Shown here: piece by piece, positions 33,094 through 37,500 of the stretch | Position numbering within the stretch: position 1 is the first letter of the stretch | Layout of the letters: every line of letters starts with the position of its first letter | Assembly (NCBI RefSeq): GCF_004010195.1 | Contig: NW_025213932.1 | Location: 1 to 37,500 of the forward strand | Reading direction: 5' to 3' | DNA from: Chiloscyllium plagiosum | Lineage: Eukaryota | DNA: 37,500 nucleotides | Translations under genes and position numbers: made by a program | The notes under the pieces: model-generated | What the model was told of the DNA's origin: nothing | The model's database searches: none | Seen by the model: the letters and a program-made list of their open reading frames with translations, nothing else

Positions 33094-35963
33094 ACAACTT
33101 TCTGTCGTTTCTTGTGGATCTTGGGCAGAGCAGTTGCCGTACCAAGCTGTGTTGCATCTGGATAGGGTGGTTTTTGTTGTGTATTGATAAAAATTGGTAA
33201 AAGTCATTGCAGATATGCTGAATGTCATTAGGGTTCTGAGAAAGTAGAGACACTGGTGTGTCGATGTGTAGGGATCAGGATCGATTGCTGATGATAATCA
33301 CTCCGAGGAACTTGAAGCTGTCTCCAACCTCAATCTCAGCACCATTGATACAGACAGGGAGGTGTCTGCCACTCGACTTCTTGAAGTCAATGACCAGCTC
33401 CTTCACTTTGCTGACATTCAGGGAGAAATAGTTGGCTTTACACCATGCCACGAAGATGTCTGACTCTTTCCTGTAATCTCTCTTGCCGTTGTTTGAGATC
33501 TGACCCACTATGGTGGTGTCATCAGTAAATTTGTGAATGGAGTTCGTGCTGAATTTGGCCACACAGTTGTGAATGTATAAGGGGGTACAGTGAGGGGCTG
33601 AGCATGCAGCTGGTGTTCGGGATTACCGTGGAGGAGATGCTGTCACCTATCCTTACTGATTGGGATCTGTGGATCAGGAAGTCAATGATCTAGTTGCAGG
33701 GGTGGGTGGAGCAGGGTCCTAGGTCTCAGAGTTTGGGGATTAATTTTGTTGGAATTATAGTGTTGAAAGTGAAACTAAAGTCAATGGATAGGACTCTGGG
33801 ATAGATGTCCGTGTTATCCAGGTGTTCCAGGCATGAGTGTAGGGCCAGGGAGATGGTGTCTGCCATGGACCTGTTACCCCAGTCGGCAAACTGCACAGGG
33901 TCAATCAAGGCACTCAGGGAGGCTGGGGTTGATGCTGTGACTAACATTTTGAAGCATGTTATAATTATGACATCAGAGCCACCGGATGGTAGGCATTGAG
34001 GCACACTGCCTGATTTTGCTTTTGCACCGGGAATGATAACAGTCTTCCTGAAGTAAATGGGAACTTCAAAACCGTAGTTACGAGAGATTAAAGATATCAG
34101 TGAATACTCCTGCCAGCTGGTCCATACAGGGTCTGAGTGCACGGTGGGGGACTCCATCCAGACCAGTCCCTTTCCATTTGTTCACTCTCAAGAGACAGAT
34201 CTAATGTCTGTAGCAGTGACCGTGGGTACAGGCCCACCCAAGGCTATTGGGAGAGGTAATGTCATTTCACTGACCTTCTGTTCAAAATGAGCATCAAACA
34301 CGTTGAGCTCATCAGGGAGGGATGTACTGTTACCCGTGATTCTGTTTGACTTCACTTTGTAGCCAGTTATGTTGTGTAAGCCTGGGTACAAGTGATGGGG
34401 GCCTGTGTGATTAGTCTGGGTCTCAAGCTCCGTTTAGTATTGTGTCTTGGTGTTTCTGATGAACTTACAAAGGTTCTAAATAATTAGAAGAATAACAAAA
34501 AGAAACTTCATCACGAAAGTGAAGACTCCTTGGCTGCAGAACCGACAATTAGATCCTACAATTAGAATTCTTAGTTTATTGTCATGGACTCACATGAGTG
34601 AAGTCAGAAGTTTACAAAGTTGCCCCTTATGGCGCCATCTTAGGTACAAAGGTACCAAGGTCCAGAATCTTCGGAATAAATTAGAAGAATAGAGAAATAA
34701 AAGTTCAGCATCACAGTCATTCAACCGGACCGAGCCGGGTCTTACCTCCAGTACGCACTGGGCCTCGTCCCCAGGCTGTGCCAGGAAGCTCCCTCTGCTC
34801 CGCATCAAACTCCGATGACCCACCGATCACTGAGCACTGGCACAGCCGATGACCCATCAGTGCTCGCTGTAGGCCCACTGCAGACCCTGCTCCAGGCACC
34901 GAGCTCCACCACTGCTAATGACACTCCAACACCACTCTATGTATCTACTGAAGCATTGAAAATACACAGGAACTGCTCCTTGCTCCATCCACAACTGTTT
35001 CCTGTTAACCCCCATCAGTGAGTTTCCAGTGACAGGCCACATCTGGAGTGCATGAATTATTCCATCCAATCATAGGACTCCGTTCAAATTGGATCTGCTG
35101 AATTCTGAAAATTCCTGCTTCCCACAATCCTAACCAATCCTCCAATCCTTGTTTCTGCAAACCCCTTCCCCACTCTTAAAACCACTCAGATCGGAGAAAT
35201 GAACCATTTGCCATGACAACACCCTGATGCTGCCTCTCGGAGGAATTGTGAGCTACATTCAGGAATCTCTTGCAGTGTAAGGTCAGAGGGTCTTACCCAT
35301 GGCCCCCATCCAGTCCCTGTTACTGGGTTATTATTTGACATTGAGTTGACATGGAAAGTATGAGGAATCACAAGGGGTGTCTGAAGGGCATGAGTAGACA
35401 TTGAGCTGGCACAGGGAGTATCAGAGGGGGCATGGGAATTGTTTTGAGAGATGAATTGGTGTGGAGAGTAAGAGGGGCCATGTGAATTCACTGAAGGGAT
35501 AGTTCAGGGATAGAGAGCCCCTGGTTGTAGTAAATCCCAGAGAACCAAGGCAGGGTCTCTAACCAGCCCCCCTCAGCATTCACCTATCACCTTGACGACC
35601 CAGGGTCTGTTTCCAGGATCAGTGAACCCCATTCTGTCCCAGACTTTCTCACTGCACTCAGCAACCTCCCCCCCCCTCCCCTCACCAAACCCTGACCCAT
35701 CACTATCTTTGGAGTGAAAAATTGCACAATTCAGGGTTCTTCTTACTGAAGGGAGTCCAGAAATGTCCCGACTGGAGCTACCTGCCTCAGTATCGGTCGG
35801 GAAAATTTGCTTCTTACCTTCCAATTGGTAATGAGCAATGCCACAGAAGGTCTCCAAGCTGTGTTTACCTCGTTTAAAAATGTCTGTAAAAACCTTTGTG
35901 TGGAATTATTTATGCTTCATGTCACAGCACGTTATTCAGTTTATTTATTATTTCTGTTTCCAG

Positions 35964-35990
35964 AGTGGAAGAGAATTTGTGACTGTGAAG
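35964..35990 (+). CDS. Butyrophilin-like protein, 27-bp pre-B30.2 exon
   Basis: ttatttctgtttccag|AGTGGAAGAGAATTTGTGACTGTGAAG|gtaaga; phase 1-1; encodes EWKRICDCE. It resembles the 27-bp xW(K/R)(K/R) exon that precedes the B30.2 exon in BTN genes. Confidence 0.78.
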
Positions 35991-36097
35991 GTAAGATTTG
36001 AACTTAAAAATATTTTTTAACACATAGGAAGGAAAGAAACTCAAAAGCTAACAACTCAAAGCAATGTCCGTGTGAAAATCCCATGTGAACATTGTAC

Positions 36098-36590
36098 ATC
36101 AGAAACAGGAGCAGGAGTGACCCCGAGAGCTTGCCCTGTCATTTATAAAGATGGCGGCTGATCTGATTGTGACCTTAACTCCATTTTCCTGCCTGACTCC
36201 CACAACCTTCGACTCCCTCATTGATCAAAAACCTGTTTAACTCAGCTTCGAATATGTTCAATGAACTGGGCTCCATGGCTCTCAAGGGGGAGAGAATTCT
36301 AAAGATTAATGATCCCGAGACACAAAATCCCTCCCCATCTCCATGTTAATTGGCAGTGCCCTTACTTTGAAACTCTGTCCCTGGTTCCAGGTTCCCCCAC
36401 GATGGGAAACAGCCTCTCAATGTCTACTCTGTCAACACCTTCACCATCTTATACATTTCAATAAGAACCTCTCGTTCCTCTAAACTCCAATGAGTACAGC
36501 CCCAGCCTGAACCCTTTCATCACAAGGGAACTGCTTCATCCCAGGATCCCACCGAGTGAACATTCTCTGACCTGTCTCCAATGTTTCAAT
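36098..36590 (-). mobile_element. CR1 LINE 3' fragment
   Basis: Antisense CR1 end: cagaaacaggagcaggag...tcctctaaactccaatgagtacagccccag. Confidence 0.7.
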
Positions 36591-36827
36591 AAAGCTCTTT
36601 CCCAATGGCCCCTACCTCAGTCTAACCAGGGCCAGCTGAATTCCTTTCAATGACAATGGATTTCAGAAGGTTTAATTGGTAATTTGAGATCAGATTCAGC
36701 ATTTCCAATTCCAATTTTGTGAAAACACATTTCACTCCCCCATGATATTGGAAAATAATGAATGACAGTGGGACTCCCACAAACAGGAGCTTGTTCTCAC
36801 TGAGGCAGCTGGAGCTATATCCCATTG

Positions 36828-36828
<1 letters not shown>

Positions 36829-36874
<46 letters not shown>
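36829..36874. repeat. (CA)n microsatellite, about 23 units
   Basis: Directly visible. Confidence 0.97.
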
Positions 36875-36876
<2 letters not shown>

Positions 36877-36901
36877 TCTACATAAACATCCCCCCACACA
36901 C

Positions 36902-37340
36902 CATAAAGCTAACAGATACAGGAGTAGAATTAGACCATTTGGCCCATTGAGACTGCTCCACCATTTGATCATGGCTGATACATTTCTTGACCCCATTCTC
37001 CCTCCTCCTCTCTGTAACCTTTGACCTCCTTACTAGTCATGAACTCTGTCCAACTCTGTTCTAATTACACGCAATGACTTGCCCTCTGTGGCAATGAGTT
37101 CCCACATATTAAACCATCCTCTGGCTAAGAAATTCTTCCTCATTTCAGTTCTAAAGGATTGTCCCTTCACTCTGAGGTTCTGCCCTCAGGTCTAGGTGTC
37201 TCTTATCTTCTCCATGTCCACTCTATCCCAGCCTCTATGTTTCCTGTAAGTTTCAATCAGATTCCCCTCACCCTTGTAAACTCCATTCAGTACAGACACA
37301 GAGTCTTCATATGACTAGCCTTTAACCCCTGGGATTAATC
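36902..37340 (-). mobile_element. CR1 LINE 3' fragment
   Basis: Antisense CR1 end: caggagtagaattagaccatttggcccattgagactgctccaccatttgatcatggctgat. Confidence 0.72.
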
Positions 37341-37500
37341 ACATATACCCACCAGATCATGTGGATCAGTTGGAGCAGCAGTAAGAGGCAATGAGGAATT
37401 TATAGGAGCTAGAGATGTGATGGATAGCAGTTGCAGGAAGGAAGCGAAACTGAAGATACAGTCAGGGAGATGGGTTACAGCCAGGAAAGGCAGGAGGGAT

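Larger units (their letters stand above)
31596..34477 (-). mobile_element. Rex1/Babar-clade LINE, degenerate, with nested insertions
   Basis: ORFs 33726..34157 (DPVQFA...DTISLALHSCLEHLD...IDFSFTFNTIIP), 33275..33562 (KFTDDTTIVGQI...SLNVSKVKELVIDFKK) and 34188..34391 (LPDELNVFDAHFE). The 3' tail (CAAAT)n is at about 31596-31610. Confidence 0.82.

Noticed and set aside
34480..35860. Several 60-100 aa ORFs and GC-richer patches; searched for B30.2 motifs
   Set aside because: There are no LDP, WEVE or LDYE motifs and no recognisable domain. This is probably unclassified repeat sequence that I cannot assign.
36000..37500. Expected B30.2 exon after the 27-bp exon
   Set aside because: Only CR1 fragments and a CA repeat are seen; the exon is not in this window.

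Overview
Eukaryotic, repeat-rich genomic DNA from a cartilaginous fish. HE1-type tRNA SINEs and HER1/CR1-type LINEs point to an elasmobranch, probably a shark. The only host gene visible is a + strand butyrophilin-like (BTN/BTNL) gene with all-phase-1 exons: IgV 6284-6631 (348 bp), IgC 8024-8305 (282 bp), transmembrane 10235-10354 (120 bp), a 33-bp cytoplasmic exon 13924-13956, and a 27-bp 'EWKRICDCE' exon 35964-35990 of the type that precedes the B30.2 exon. The leader and B30.2 exons are not in the window. The block 9124-~16930, carrying the TM and 33-bp exons, recurs as a diverged second copy at 18501-~27650, directly after a 500-N scaffold gap. The copies differ by copy-specific indels, a micro-inversion and patchy identity. 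The rest is nested retroelement debris: two Gmr1-like Gypsy LTR elements, CR1, Rex1/Babar, L2 and RTE fragments, HE1 SINEs, and several Penelope-like elements, including palindromic derivatives with hammerhead-ribozyme-like cores. I found no clearly new biological system. The best leads are the duplicated BTN membrane/cytoplasmic module, a possible soluble isoform, and the ribozyme-like foldback elements. All family assignments are by motif recognition, not database search.
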